NCBI GenBank assembly: GCA_965237525.1
Contig: CBDEFO010000003.1
Coordinates: 1 to 64,000 of the forward strand
Length of the DNA: 64,000 nucleotides
From: Candidatus Latescibacterota bacterium
Lineage (GTDB): Bacteria > Latescibacterota > CBDEFO01
Direction: 5' to 3'
Shown here: piece by piece, positions 41,729-51,958 of the stretch
Layout: every line of letters begins with the position of its first letter
Numbering within the stretch: the first letter of the stretch is position 1
Program-made: the position numbers and the translations under genes
The notes under the pieces: model-generated
Database searches by the model: none
The model's input: the letters and a program-made list of their open reading frames with translations, nothing else
Told to the model about the DNA's origin: nothing

Positions 41729-43522
41729 CTACTGGCGTAGGATAAGCGGCTGACTCTCGATCTGCGAGAATGGAACCTTATAATGCTGCTTCAGTGACAC
41801 ACGAAATGGGCCACCATCACCAAACCGCTTGTAAACCTTGACCGACACCTCTTTCGGTAGCGAATTAAACAACGGACGTACCTGGCGAGACCGCGTCAGC
41901 TTATCAAAATTCCCTGCCTCCACCGACCAGTGAAAGAAACCTTGGGCATCAGTGTGCATGTGCTCATTATTCAGCACCACACATGCACCAGCAACGGACT
42001 TAGCCTTCTCATCTACAACCTGATTGCAAACCTTTAGGCCCGGCTTCAAGCGGAACTCCTGTGGTTTGGCTTTCGGTCCGACCTTGATGTGCCGATGCTG
42101 GGGGGCGTAGCCGTCAGCTTCAACCGTCAGGACATATTCGCCAAGTTTGACGGACTCGAAGCGGAAGTTTCCCTGCTCGTCCGTCTGCACTGTCGGATGG
42201 CCGTTTTCTTTACGAATCGATCTATATCCCAGTACCGGTGAGCCGATTGTCCTGGGCCCAGCATCCCAGTGGTCCAGTCGTCTGGGGTCCTCCAGCCAAG
42301 AATCGAGGGCGTAGCGATTTGGGCCCAGTTCCACATTCGCAGCCGCAATCGGATTGCCACTGTGTGGGTCCACCAGCTGGCCAGTCAAGGCTACGCGATC
42401 CGACGATACCTTCACCCGTTTCACGGTGATTGGCCAGACCTTCGTGCCCTCGGCGTCGTTGCCTACTACCACCAGCTTGTTGGGACCAGCTTTTGCCATA
42501 TCAAACTGGCCCGTAATGGGTGGGGTTGGTAGGTCCGAGAAGCTAACGCGGTCTTGCCAGGTACGTCCGTTGTCTAAACTGAAGGCTACGTGACAGCCCG
42601 GCCGACCATATACACAAGCCACTACGCCGTTGTCCAGCACCTGCAGGGTCGGTTGGATACACATCAGATGTGGCTTAGTCGGCGTCGGCTTGGTCCAGGT
42701 CTTGCCCAGATCATTCGACCAACAGACGTACAGGGGCTTGTATGCTCCCGGGTACTGGGTGCCCTGCGTGCGCAACATGGCCAGCATCTGGCCATTGGGC
42801 AAAAGCCCGACACTCGGCTCGCAAGAGCCGGCCCACCGACCAGGTAATTCCGGGTTGGGATCCTTGGAGGCGTAATGGATGCTCGCGTAATACCGCCAAG
42901 TCCTGCCCAAGTCTCTCGAATGGACCAGGTATGTCCGGTCTACGGTGCGGTCATCACCCGTTAAGCCGCCATGCATCGGCATCAGTAACTCCCCGTTGTG
43001 CATTTGGACGATCGGGCCTTTGGACGGACCCGGATATTTTACGTCAGTAGAGGTTATATGATCCGGCATATATATCTTGGCTAAAAATTGTTTCCAATTC
43101 GTAAAATTGTCGGTGCCTAGAAAAGTTTCCGCATCATACCAGCCGGGTTCCCCTTTGATAGGAAAGACGTAAGTCGTAAGCTTTATCACGCCGCCTTGGC
43201 GCAGTCCGATTGCTTGAGCACCACTCCAATTAGCCGGAGCGTTTATCTCCGGCCCCCAGGTCAGACCAGCGTCTGTTGAAACGCGGTATTTCTTGACCCC
43301 GCGTGGCGGCTTTGGATAAAAGACGGCCACTACTCCTGTTCGTGACCCGGTTATGGCTGAGGTATTCTGAAAGATCTGAGGAGTGAGCTTGGTCGGCGTA
43401 CCCACGGTGATCTTGAGGATCTCAGTTTCTTCCGCTGCCGCAGGGTCCACCGCACCGGCATCATCTACAATGGACGCGATGCAAAACATAACAGCTATTA
43501 CACGAAGACAATTGCGTTTAAT
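41729..43522 (-). CDS. BNR propeller + carboxypeptidase-regulatory-like protein, paralog P4 (ATT at the homologous start)
   Basis: ORF 41729-43489 extends 11 codons to an ATT after GAAAGGA. Confidence 0.85.
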   Translation of the reverse strand: MKRNCLRVIAVMFCIASIVDDAGAVDPAAAEETEILKITVGTPTKLTPQIFQNTSAITGSRTGVVAVFYPKPPRGVKKYRVSTDAGLTWGPEINAPANWSGAQAIGLRQGGVIKLTTYVFPIKGEPGWYDAETFLGTDNFTNWKQFLAKIYMPDHITSTDVKYPGPSKGPIVQMHNGELLMPMHGGLTGDDRTVDRTYLVHSRDLGRTWRYYASIHYASKDPNPELPGRWAGSCEPSVGLLPNGQMLAMLRTQGTQYPGAYKPLYVCWSNDLGKTWTKPTPTKPHLMCIQPTLQVLDNGVVACVYGRPGCHVAFSLDNGRTWQDRVSFSDLPTPPITGQFDMAKAGPNKLVVVGNDAEGTKVWPITVKRVKVSSDRVALTGQLVDPHSGNPIAAANVELGPNRYALDSWLEDPRRLDHWDAGPRTIGSPVLGYRSIRKENGHPTVQTDEQGNFRFESVKLGEYVLTVEADGYAPQHRHIKVGPKAKPQEFRLKPGLKVCNQVVDEKAKSVAGACVVLNNEHMHTDAQGFFHWSVEAGNFDKLTRSRQVRPLFNSLPKEVSVKVYKRFGDGGPFRVSLKQHYKVPFSQIESQPLILRQ

Positions 43523-43705
43523 GTCGAGTCCTTTCAGTTTTCAAAGTTCAGCTAAAGAACAAAAACAGACTACTCAAGTACTAACTGGGATTTCCCAAGT
43601 CACTTTGTATATCCTTAACCGTTCAGGCCCTTTGGGACCTGCAGCGTTTTGCCTGACCGGGCAGCGTACTCGGCGGCAAAACGCCAAATCCTCAATCTGT
43701 TTGAC

Positions 43706-43733
43706 AATATACGCGTGCCGTGCTGTTTTGCAA
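43706..43733 (-). promoter_or_regulatory. Putative promoter upstream of P4
   Basis: Minus strand TTGCAA-N16-TATATT. Confidence 0.4.
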
Positions 43734-43849
43734 GCACTGTTTTTTCTTCAAAATTCAAGCGGAGGGCCTAGTGCATCCGATAAAATCTCTGAAGCATAGC
43801 CTATAGAGCAATGGGATACGCCCAAGCAAGAAAACCGCTTACCCTAGCT

Positions 43850-45658
43850 CTAGCGGCTCAGGATCATCGGTTGACTCTCGATCTGCGAGAGCGGAACCGT
43901 GTAATGCTGCTTCAGAGGTATACGAACTGGGCCACCACCATATCGCTTGTAAACCTTGACCGATACCTGTTCCGGAAGCGGGTTCTCCAACGACCAGTGA
44001 AAGGAACCTTGGGCATCTGTGTGCATGTGCCAATTGTTCAGCACCACACATGCACCAGCAGCCGGCTTACCCTTCTCATCTACAACCTGGTTGCAAATCT
44101 TTCGGCCAGCATTCAAGCGAAACTCCTGTGGTTTAGCTTGGGATCCGACCTTGATGTGTCGATGCTGGGGGGCGTAACCGTCAGCTTCAACCGTCAGGAC
44201 ATATTCACCAAGTTTGACGGACTCGAAGCGGAAGTCTCCCTTGGCGTCCGTCTGCACCGTCGGATAGCCGTTTTCTTTACGGATCGACAGATAGCTCAAT
44301 TGGGGTAAGCCGATTGTCCTGGGGGCAACCTTCCAGGCGTCCAGTCGTGTGGGATCCTCCAGCCAGGAGTCGAGGGTGTAGCGATTCGGGCTCAGTTCCA
44401 CCTTCACACCCGCCATCAGATCGGGATCGGGGCCGCCCTGCTGGGCCAACACCCAGCCAGTCAAGGCTACGCAAGCCGGCGATACCTTCACACGTTCCAC
44501 CGTGATTGGCCAAACCTTTGTGCCCTCGGCGTCACTGCCTACTACCACCAATTTGTTGGGACCAGCTTTTTCCATGTCATACTGGCCTGTACCGGTCGGC
44601 CCGGACGTTGTCTTTGGATTGATAAGGCTTGGCCGGACAGGGAATGGTGAGAGACTAACGCGGTCTTGCCAAGTATGTCCGTTGTCTAAACTGAAGGCTA
44701 CATGAAAGCCCGGCCGACCATATTGACAGGCCACTATGCCATTGTCCAGCACCTGCAGGGTCGGCGAGATATTCATAAGGTGCGGCTTGGTGGGCGTCGG
44801 CTTGGTCCAGGTCTTGCCCAAATCATTAGACCAGCACACGTACATGGGTTTGTATTCGCCCGGGTAATGGGCACCCTGCTCGCGGAGCATGGCCAACATC
44901 TGACCGTTGGGTAAAAGCCCGACACTCGGCTCGCAGGAACCGGTGTACTGACCGGGAAGTTCCGGGTTGGGATCCTTGGGGGTATGATTGATGCTCGCGT
45001 GATACGACCAGGTCCTGCCCTGGTCGGTAGATCGGACAAGGTATGCCCGGTGTACATCTTCGCGATCACCCGTTAAGCCGCCATGCATCGGCATTAACAA
45101 ATCCCCGTTGGGTACTTGGATGATTGGGCCTTTGGACATACCTGGATATGGTGAGTCAAGAGAGGCTATAGAATTCGGCATATGTATCTTGGCTGTAAAT
45201 GTTTCATGATCGACTTTCCCCGTGTCACTATTGATCCTGAACTCGTCGACCATTTTAAAGGTTTTCGCATCAAACCAGCCTGGTTTTCCTGGGGTAGGAG
45301 TAGCGTCACTGCCAATCTTGAGCACGCCGCCATCGCGCAGCCCGATTTCTTGAGCACCACCCTCATGAGACGGAGGATCCGTCGGCTTGCCCCAGGTCAG
45401 GCCGGCGTCTTTTGAAATGCGACACTTGCGATACTCCCTGGGCCCGAAAGGATAAAAGACGATCAGTGCTCCTGTTCGCGAGGCGGCGAGACTGGCGGTA
45501 TTCTGTTGGCTCCGGGGGTCGAGCAGAGTCGGTTCACCCACGGTGATCTTGAGGATATCGGTTTCTTCCGCTGCCGCAGGGTCCACCGCACTGGCGTCAG
45601 GAACAATGGCCGCGATGCAAAACATAACAGCTATTACACAAAGACAATTGCCTTTAAT
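43850..45658 (-). CDS. BNR propeller + carboxypeptidase-regulatory-like protein, paralog P5 (ATT at the homologous start)
   Basis: ORF 43850-45625 extends 11 codons to an ATT after GAAAGGA. Confidence 0.85.
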   Translation of the reverse strand: MKGNCLCVIAVMFCIAAIVPDASAVDPAAAEETDILKITVGEPTLLDPRSQQNTASLAASRTGALIVFYPFGPREYRKCRISKDAGLTWGKPTDPPSHEGGAQEIGLRDGGVLKIGSDATPTPGKPGWFDAKTFKMVDEFRINSDTGKVDHETFTAKIHMPNSIASLDSPYPGMSKGPIIQVPNGDLLMPMHGGLTGDREDVHRAYLVRSTDQGRTWSYHASINHTPKDPNPELPGQYTGSCEPSVGLLPNGQMLAMLREQGAHYPGEYKPMYVCWSNDLGKTWTKPTPTKPHLMNISPTLQVLDNGIVACQYGRPGFHVAFSLDNGHTWQDRVSLSPFPVRPSLINPKTTSGPTGTGQYDMEKAGPNKLVVVGSDAEGTKVWPITVERVKVSPACVALTGWVLAQQGGPDPDLMAGVKVELSPNRYTLDSWLEDPTRLDAWKVAPRTIGLPQLSYLSIRKENGYPTVQTDAKGDFRFESVKLGEYVLTVEADGYAPQHRHIKVGSQAKPQEFRLNAGRKICNQVVDEKGKPAAGACVVLNNWHMHTDAQGSFHWSLENPLPEQVSVKVYKRYGGGPVRIPLKQHYTVPLSQIESQPMILSR

Positions 45659-45791
45659 GTGGAGTCCTTTCAGTTTTCAAAGTTCAGTCAAAGAACAAAA
45701 ACAAACTACCTATAATTACTCTTATTAAACAGGCAGGAGAACGCTCCCGGCTCCAAGTAGTCGCATAGGTAGCACTCGGGGCGTATTGACC

Positions 45792-47108
45792 TCAAGGCGA
45801 GGGATCAAAGATGTTTCCGAGATCAGAGTCGAATGGGGCGTCACGAATTTCCCGATCGGCGTTTACAGGTTCAGGGTTCAGCCTCCACTGCACCAGCCCG
45901 AGGTCTCTTGGGGCGAACTGGTTCGGCGCCTCCGGCGGACCGGGCTCACTCCGGTAGCCGGTACCAAAGACGGTGATGATTGACCCATCCGGAAGCAGAC
46001 TCGACGAGGCACAATAGGGGGCCGGCCAGTAGTCCTTCTCCCCCGTACGGTTACCTACCCAGGCGTGGAGGATGTACTTGTGGTCGAGATCCCACGTCAG
46101 GCCGTGGTCGTGGCTGACGATAGCTTCGATGCCGAACTGCTTGAACCCGTTCTTGTCCTTGACGTATCCCTCGCGGACGACATAGGTCATGACGATGTCC
46201 CCATTGGGCATCAGGAGCAGGGACGGATGATGGCGACCCCAATTATAGAGTTTCTCGACAGTTGACCAAGTGCGGCCATCGTCTTTGGAGATGGAGATCC
46301 CGAGCCCTTCGTAGTGGTCATTTCCTGTGACCCCGGGTGGAAGGTCGGTCCTGCAAGCAGCGAGCAGGTTACCGTTGCCGGCGCGAAAGAGGGCGACCTC
46401 ACTGACTTCTTTCCATTGCGGCACCTTTATGTCCTCGCTCCAGGTTTTCCCTTTGTCAGTACTGAAGCGGATGTAGCCCTGCTGATAGTCGTGCTTGACC
46501 TCGGGAGGTTTGAACCAGGCGTAGCCCGTCTCCGCAATCCGGCTGACTTTGCCGGTCTTGTGGTCTCGCTCGACCAACGGTGGGAGCCAGGGGGCCCAAT
46601 AGCTTCTGTCAGAAGGCGGGGCTATCCGAGACGTGTCGCCCCAGGTCTTACCGTAGTCCCTGCTGAACCAGCGGTCGCGGCCCGAGTACAAGAGTGCATT
46701 CCCATCGTCAAGATAAGCTAGACCCAGTCCCAGGCCACCGGCAGGCTTGCCATCCTTGTCGACAGTCAGCGGACGCGGAGCAGTCCAACTGTCTCCATGA
46801 TCGTCGCTGGTCATAGTAAAGGGGCGATGCGGATAACCATAATTGGCCAGCATGAGCAGCCGATCCTTCTCCGGCATATAGACAAGGTAGGGGATGGTCG
46901 CTACCCGATGGCGACTCTTGGCAGAGATGGTCTGGAACTTTGAAGACAGCCGGATTTGCTGGGCCGAGCCGTTGAGTTGTCGGACCGTATGTGGCTGCCA
47001 TCCCACCACGACCGCCGACGAGGCCCTGGGCAACGCCACAGAATCGTCGGTAAGGCAGAATGCGGAAAGAATTAATAGGGCGATTGTAGCAGAGATTATG
47101 ATTGTCAT
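45792..47108 (-). CDS. Secreted sialidase-like BNR propeller protein
   Basis: Signal MTIIISATIALLI; Asp-boxes SDDHGDSW, SRDYGKTW, STDKGKTW, SKDDGRTW, SHDHGLTW. Confidence 0.82.
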   Translation of the reverse strand: MTIIISATIALLILSAFCLTDDSVALPRASSAVVVGWQPHTVRQLNGSAQQIRLSSKFQTISAKSRHRVATIPYLVYMPEKDRLLMLANYGYPHRPFTMTSDDHGDSWTAPRPLTVDKDGKPAGGLGLGLAYLDDGNALLYSGRDRWFSRDYGKTWGDTSRIAPPSDRSYWAPWLPPLVERDHKTGKVSRIAETGYAWFKPPEVKHDYQQGYIRFSTDKGKTWSEDIKVPQWKEVSEVALFRAGNGNLLAACRTDLPPGVTGNDHYEGLGISISKDDGRTWSTVEKLYNWGRHHPSLLLMPNGDIVMTYVVREGYVKDKNGFKQFGIEAIVSHDHGLTWDLDHKYILHAWVGNRTGEKDYWPAPYCASSSLLPDGSIITVFGTGYRSEPGPPEAPNQFAPRDLGLVQWRLNPEPVNADREIRDAPFDSDLGNIFDPSP

Positions 47109-47155
47109 CAGGCAGGTTCCTTGTTCTACGTCTGGCTCTGGGACTGGTATAACTC

Positions 47156-49952
47156 CTAATCCACAGGGCATAGGGCAATCTGTACCTCTGTGAGAATAGG
47201 GGTCGCCGCACCATCCGGGGTTCTCAGGACAGCACGGTATTGGATCCAGGGATGCTGGGCTGGCAGCATATTCAGGCTTGTACCGGGCTTAGTGAAGTAG
47301 GAACCTTCGCTGTCAGGCCCGAGCCAAGCTGCACTACTTAGGCCTTTGCGTGTAGGGGCGGTTCGGACCTCGAAAACGACGGACGTACCGAATTTATTCT
47401 GGGCCTTCCATGAAAGTTTATCAAAGCTAGCGTTCGCCGGGCGCTGGAACACGGTCGAGGTATACGTTTCTTCGAGCTTTCGGGTATAGGCGTTGCCGAG
47501 GTCCGAGGCGATCGAGCCGTGCGGACCAAGGGTGGGCAGCAAGGTCACATCGTCATCGGTGAATTTACCCTGCCGGTTCCAGTGAACACGCGAAAGGGTA
47601 TTATGGTCACCGCCTGGATTGTGATTGCAGAATGAAATATCGGGCCAACCGTCGTGGTTGAAATCAGCAACCATCATCCCAAGCGATGCGGCCTGGCGTA
47701 GTCGTGTCCTCTTGTCCATAGAGTATATGGATTCTGGATTTCCCCAGAATATGTAAGCATCAAAAATGCGCTCGATACCCTGATCGTAGTTACTGCAAAC
47801 AATGTCTAGATGTCCGTCTCTGTTCAGATCGGCGATGGCGACGCCGTGATCAGCGCCCTGCAACATAAATTCGGTCCGTCGGGCCGCGGAGAAACCCCAC
47901 TCGGAACCCCACCAAATATAGCTCGGTACGTTGGTCCCGGCAAAGCCCTTTCGAGGATTGGACCAGCCGGTGAGAACCAGGTCAAGCCAGCCGTTGCCAT
48001 CCAGGTCAGCCGTCTCCACTCCTGCTCCGCCGGAGGGCATGGGAAGTGTGATTTTACGGTCCACATCAAAACCCTTCTTATCACCCAGAAGGATATAGGT
48101 AGCGTTGTGTTCGATAGCGGTATAGACCAAATCAAGCCAGCCGTCTCTGTCCACGTCTGCCAGGTGTATTCCCCACACATCACCCAGCTTGACGGCCTGT
48201 CGCCGCTCTGCCGAAAACCCCGTCTCGCCGCCCCAATATACGTATGTCGTGCCCCCCTGGACTGCACCCATGACGATATCCAGATAGCCGTCGCGATTAA
48301 TGTCAGCGGTCATCGAGATAAGCGCATATTCGGTCGGGAACCTCGAGACACGATCTACGGACAGGCCATCCTGGCCGCCCCAGTAGATTGAGCTGGTTTG
48401 CTCGCCAAGGGCGCGGGTACCCTCACGTTGGTTCGAGACTAACAAATCGACAAAACCGTCGTCGTTATAGTCAGCCATGAACCCTCCGTAGGCACTGACG
48501 GCGGGCAGATCGTAATGGCAACCTGGCTTATAGATGCCGTCATAACTGCCTAGATAAACCCGAACAGGCGGATCGAGCGAGGAGTGTCCTCCTAGAGAGC
48601 AGGCGAAGATGATATCTTTTTTCCCATCGTGATTCAAATCCGCAACGTGGACTTCCGTAGCGCCAGAGGTCTCCAGTGCGATGAAACGATCCTTATCGAG
48701 ACCGTCCTTGCTGTTTATGTACACCCGGGATTGGGCAGTGTAGCTTTTACCGTGTTCATATACTGCTACAGCCAGATCCGGTAATCCGTCGTTAGTAACA
48801 TCTCCGATGGCAATGTTTGTTGCCTGGATTGGTAAGGTGAATGCCCGCTTGGGGTCGTACCCGGTATCCGATCCCCACAGGAAGTGGATCTTTCCAGATC
48901 GAACACAGATCAGGTCATCGAGGCCGTCGGCGTTGAGATCAGCCACAACCACTTGACGCTTTTCGCCGGAAAGTTCGATCTGTCTGGGTTCTGCCACCTG
49001 CAGTCCGGAAAAGGGATACAGATCTATTGTCTCTTCGGTCAACATTCCCAGATGATAAGCTCCGTTGAGCTTCAGCAAACGAGGTCTACCAGATCGGTCA
49101 CCGCTGATCGCAAGGACTTGCATCGGCTCGAATCCCCCCTCTCTTCCGGCCAGAAGGAAGACATTCTCCGCCTCCTTGGAGCTGCCGATGGCCTCAAGAA
49201 CAGGCACGGCTGCAGGGCCGAGGCTATCTTCCGTAGGCCTGCCGTAGAAAACTAGGTCGGCAAAACCATCGCCGTTAATATCGGCTATGTCTGCCCACCC
49301 GAGTGAGGGTGCCACGATGTCATCCCGGCGGTCGAGAGGGAAAACACCGGCCTTTGTCTGCCAATAAATGGAAATGCAGCCCCCTTTGAGATCGAACCGC
49401 TCCCGTTCCTGGTTAAGCACGATAATTTCCTTTAATCCGTCACCGTTCAAGTCGGCAGCGAAGGCCTGTCGGGCAGAGAACGTCGGAATGGAGGTCCGAT
49501 ACTTCGGGGTCAGACCTTCGGGCCCGCCCCAATAGATGAAACTCCTAACCACAGGATCTGGCACCCACATATAGTTAAGTATGATCACATCTGTATACCC
49601 ACCACCATTCAAGTCGCTTACGCACTGTGAAGATGAATGCCGCGTGGGCAACATTAAGCTTGCGTCAGGACTCGGCTTGCCATCTCGCTGAAAATAGACC
49701 CGTGCCGGCTCGTATTCTATCAGATCGTGCGAGTTACCGAAATACAGATCGATATTCCCGTCGTTATTGACGTCCCACGTGCGTATCATCTGAACGCGCC
49801 CACCGCGAGACACATAGAGGTTCGCACCTGCCGCGTCAAAAGTTGCCCTTTGAGAAGTCCTCGAACCCGCTAGTGACCCAAGAGGCCCTCTCGGCCCCCT
49901 GAGATATTGCGGCCCAGAGCAGCAGTGACGTCAAGATAAGTGTACTTTTCAG
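47156..49952 (-). CDS. FG-GAP/VCBS repeat protein; signal peptide separated by a +1 frameshift near 49840
   Basis: Many DLN.DG..DL repeats; paralog at 58400 reads FSKGAFDAAGA across the shift; probable CTG start at 49952. Confidence 0.8.
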
Positions 49953-50082
49953 TGCTTTTGTGTCCTTGTTACCTATAGCGCCGTCGGGGTGAACAGCTAT
50001 TCCGTGTGAAGTCATCCTGTATCCGCGCAACAGCAATAACAACTGCACCGGCGTTGGCGTGAGATGCCACGCCAGATCTCCG

Positions 50083-51330
50083 TTATACTCCAAACTCTAC
50101 CGGCAACGAGTCGAGCAGGCGCAGGCCGGACGAGTGCCGCCAGGGCGGATGGTCGGCTATCTGTTCATCTGCCAGGCGAAGACCAGGCAGCCTGCGAAGG
50201 ATCGACGAAACCGCGATCTGGCCTTCGAGTCGGGCCAGGGGCGCGCCGAGGCAGAAATGTACGCCCCAGCCGAACGCCAGATGTTTGTTCGGACTTCGGC
50301 CTATGTCCAGCCTGTCCGGATCTGGAAACTGCATCGGATCGCGGTTCGCAGCCCCCACCATCAGGGCGACCGTCTGTCCCTCCCTGACCCGAAGCCCTCC
50401 GATCTCCATGTCCTGCGTCGCGATCCTGGTATTTCGCGGGCCGGGACTTTCGTAGCGTAGAAACTCTTCAACGGCCGATTTGATCATCTCGGGATGTGCG
50501 CTCAATCGCTCCATCTCCTCCCCATTCTGGAGCAGCGCGAAGATGCCGTTGCCGATCAAACCGGTTGTTGTGTCGTTCCCTGCAACGAGCATCTGAACGC
50601 ACATGGCCAGCAGTTCCTCATCGGTGAGTCTGTCGCCGGCCTCCTCAATGCCAAGCAACGTGCTAATCAGATCGTCGCCCGGCTCAGCGCGCTTGCGGCT
50701 GATGATCTGATCGAAGTATTCTGTAAGGTCGGTCAGACCTGAAAGTGACTGCTCGGCCACTTCAGCAAGCTGCGACGCCGGACCGTCGAGGAAGGCCACG
50801 ATGTCCTCGATCCACACCCCGAACTGTGCGCGGTCCTCTGCCGGGATGCCCAGGAGCTCGCAGACCACCGTCACAGGCATGGGGTAGGCGAAGTCGCCGA
50901 TCAGATCCATCCGGCCGCGCGGCTCCACAGTATCGATGAGCTCGTTGGCGATCGTGGAGATACGACTCCGCATCGCCTGGATGGAGCGTGGGGTGAACGC
51001 TTGGTTGACCAGCCCCAGCAGACGCGTGTGGTCCGGCGGATCACTGTGCGATACCCATTTGGACAGATGCTGCCCCAGGGCGTCTACCTTGCTCCGCAGC
51101 AGCTCTGGAAGGACGCTCATCTTGGCCCGCGGCTTGTCCGAAGAGAGGTGCAGGTTGGCGTGTGCCTGCCGGACGTCGTCGTAACGGGTGACCACCCAGC
51201 AGCCCCAGGGTTCACACCAGTGAACGGGGGCATCGCTCAGTAGCTCGTGATAGAGTGGATAGGGATTGGCTAGCCTCCCCTGGCAGAACAATTCGTATTC
51301 GCGTGTATGTGTTATCGTCCTCGCGGGCAT
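50083..51330 (-). CDS. Cytochrome P450
   Basis: DPPDHTRL, AGNDTT, EEFLR, FGWGVHFCLG heme motif. Confidence 0.95.
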   Translation of the reverse strand: MPARTITHTREYELFCQGRLANPYPLYHELLSDAPVHWCEPWGCWVVTRYDDVRQAHANLHLSSDKPRAKMSVLPELLRSKVDALGQHLSKWVSHSDPPDHTRLLGLVNQAFTPRSIQAMRSRISTIANELIDTVEPRGRMDLIGDFAYPMPVTVVCELLGIPAEDRAQFGVWIEDIVAFLDGPASQLAEVAEQSLSGLTDLTEYFDQIISRKRAEPGDDLISTLLGIEEAGDRLTDEELLAMCVQMLVAGNDTTTGLIGNGIFALLQNGEEMERLSAHPEMIKSAVEEFLRYESPGPRNTRIATQDMEIGGLRVREGQTVALMVGAANRDPMQFPDPDRLDIGRSPNKHLAFGWGVHFCLGAPLARLEGQIAVSSILRRLPGLRLADEQIADHPPWRHSSGLRLLDSLPVEFGV

Positions 51331-51588
51331 GTGATTGCGATCCTCAACGGGCGAGCCGTTGGCTAGTAGGCGTTACCAGTAGAACTTCGACAAGACATTT
51401 TCAAGAGCTGATAGGGAATTTGATCCTAATGACGTGCTCACGGAGCCTAAGTTAATCTGGCAGCCCAGCTAATAAAGGGGTTGAATAGTTGTAAATTGTT
51501 TTTTCCAGAGATTCTCGCACAGGTCAATGGATATCCAGGACTACTGCACCAATGACTGGTCCACTTTTGGCATGACAAGTCGTATTGA

Positions 51589-51958
51589 TCTCAGGGCGAC
51601 GAATCAAAGACGGTAAATTCCGAACCCGAGGACATATATTCGCTGACAAAACAGTGCAGCTTGCGATGACGGTGACATTCGTCATTGGGAGGGCGACGGT
51701 CATCTTGTGATCCATTGCCAGTGAGCGCAGTTGCTGAGATGCCGGGCCGTCAAAGACCGGCTCGGGCAGCTCGACCAGACGCTGCCGCGAAAGATGGCGC
51801 AGGTGCCAGTAGCCTCTGATGCAGCATTCCGGGAAGGAGATAAGCTCCACGTCCTGCTGCGAAGCTTGCTGCACAAAGTCACGAATCTTGGCGAAGTTGG
51901 CCTCCTTGTCGCCCGGAGTGTGGTCCATCTGTACGGATGCAACGCGAAGCTTCTTCAT
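51589..51958 (-). pseudogene. Nitrilase/carbon-nitrogen hydrolase remnant fused to a sialidase 3' end
   Basis: RVASVQM...FPECCI.GY, then in another frame HRKLHCF...TVFD|SSP*; no catalytic Cys region. Confidence 0.75.

Noticed and set aside
37930..41730. Repeated intergenic motif GGAAACC(T/G)GAATGACGTCT as a CRISPR repeat
   Set aside because: Spaced about 1.9 kb apart as part of the gene duplication unit; no cas genes
37983..45658. Diversity-generating retroelement or shufflon behind the paralog array
   Set aside because: No reverse transcriptase or invertase in the window; differences are not adenine-specific; all copies are direct and full length
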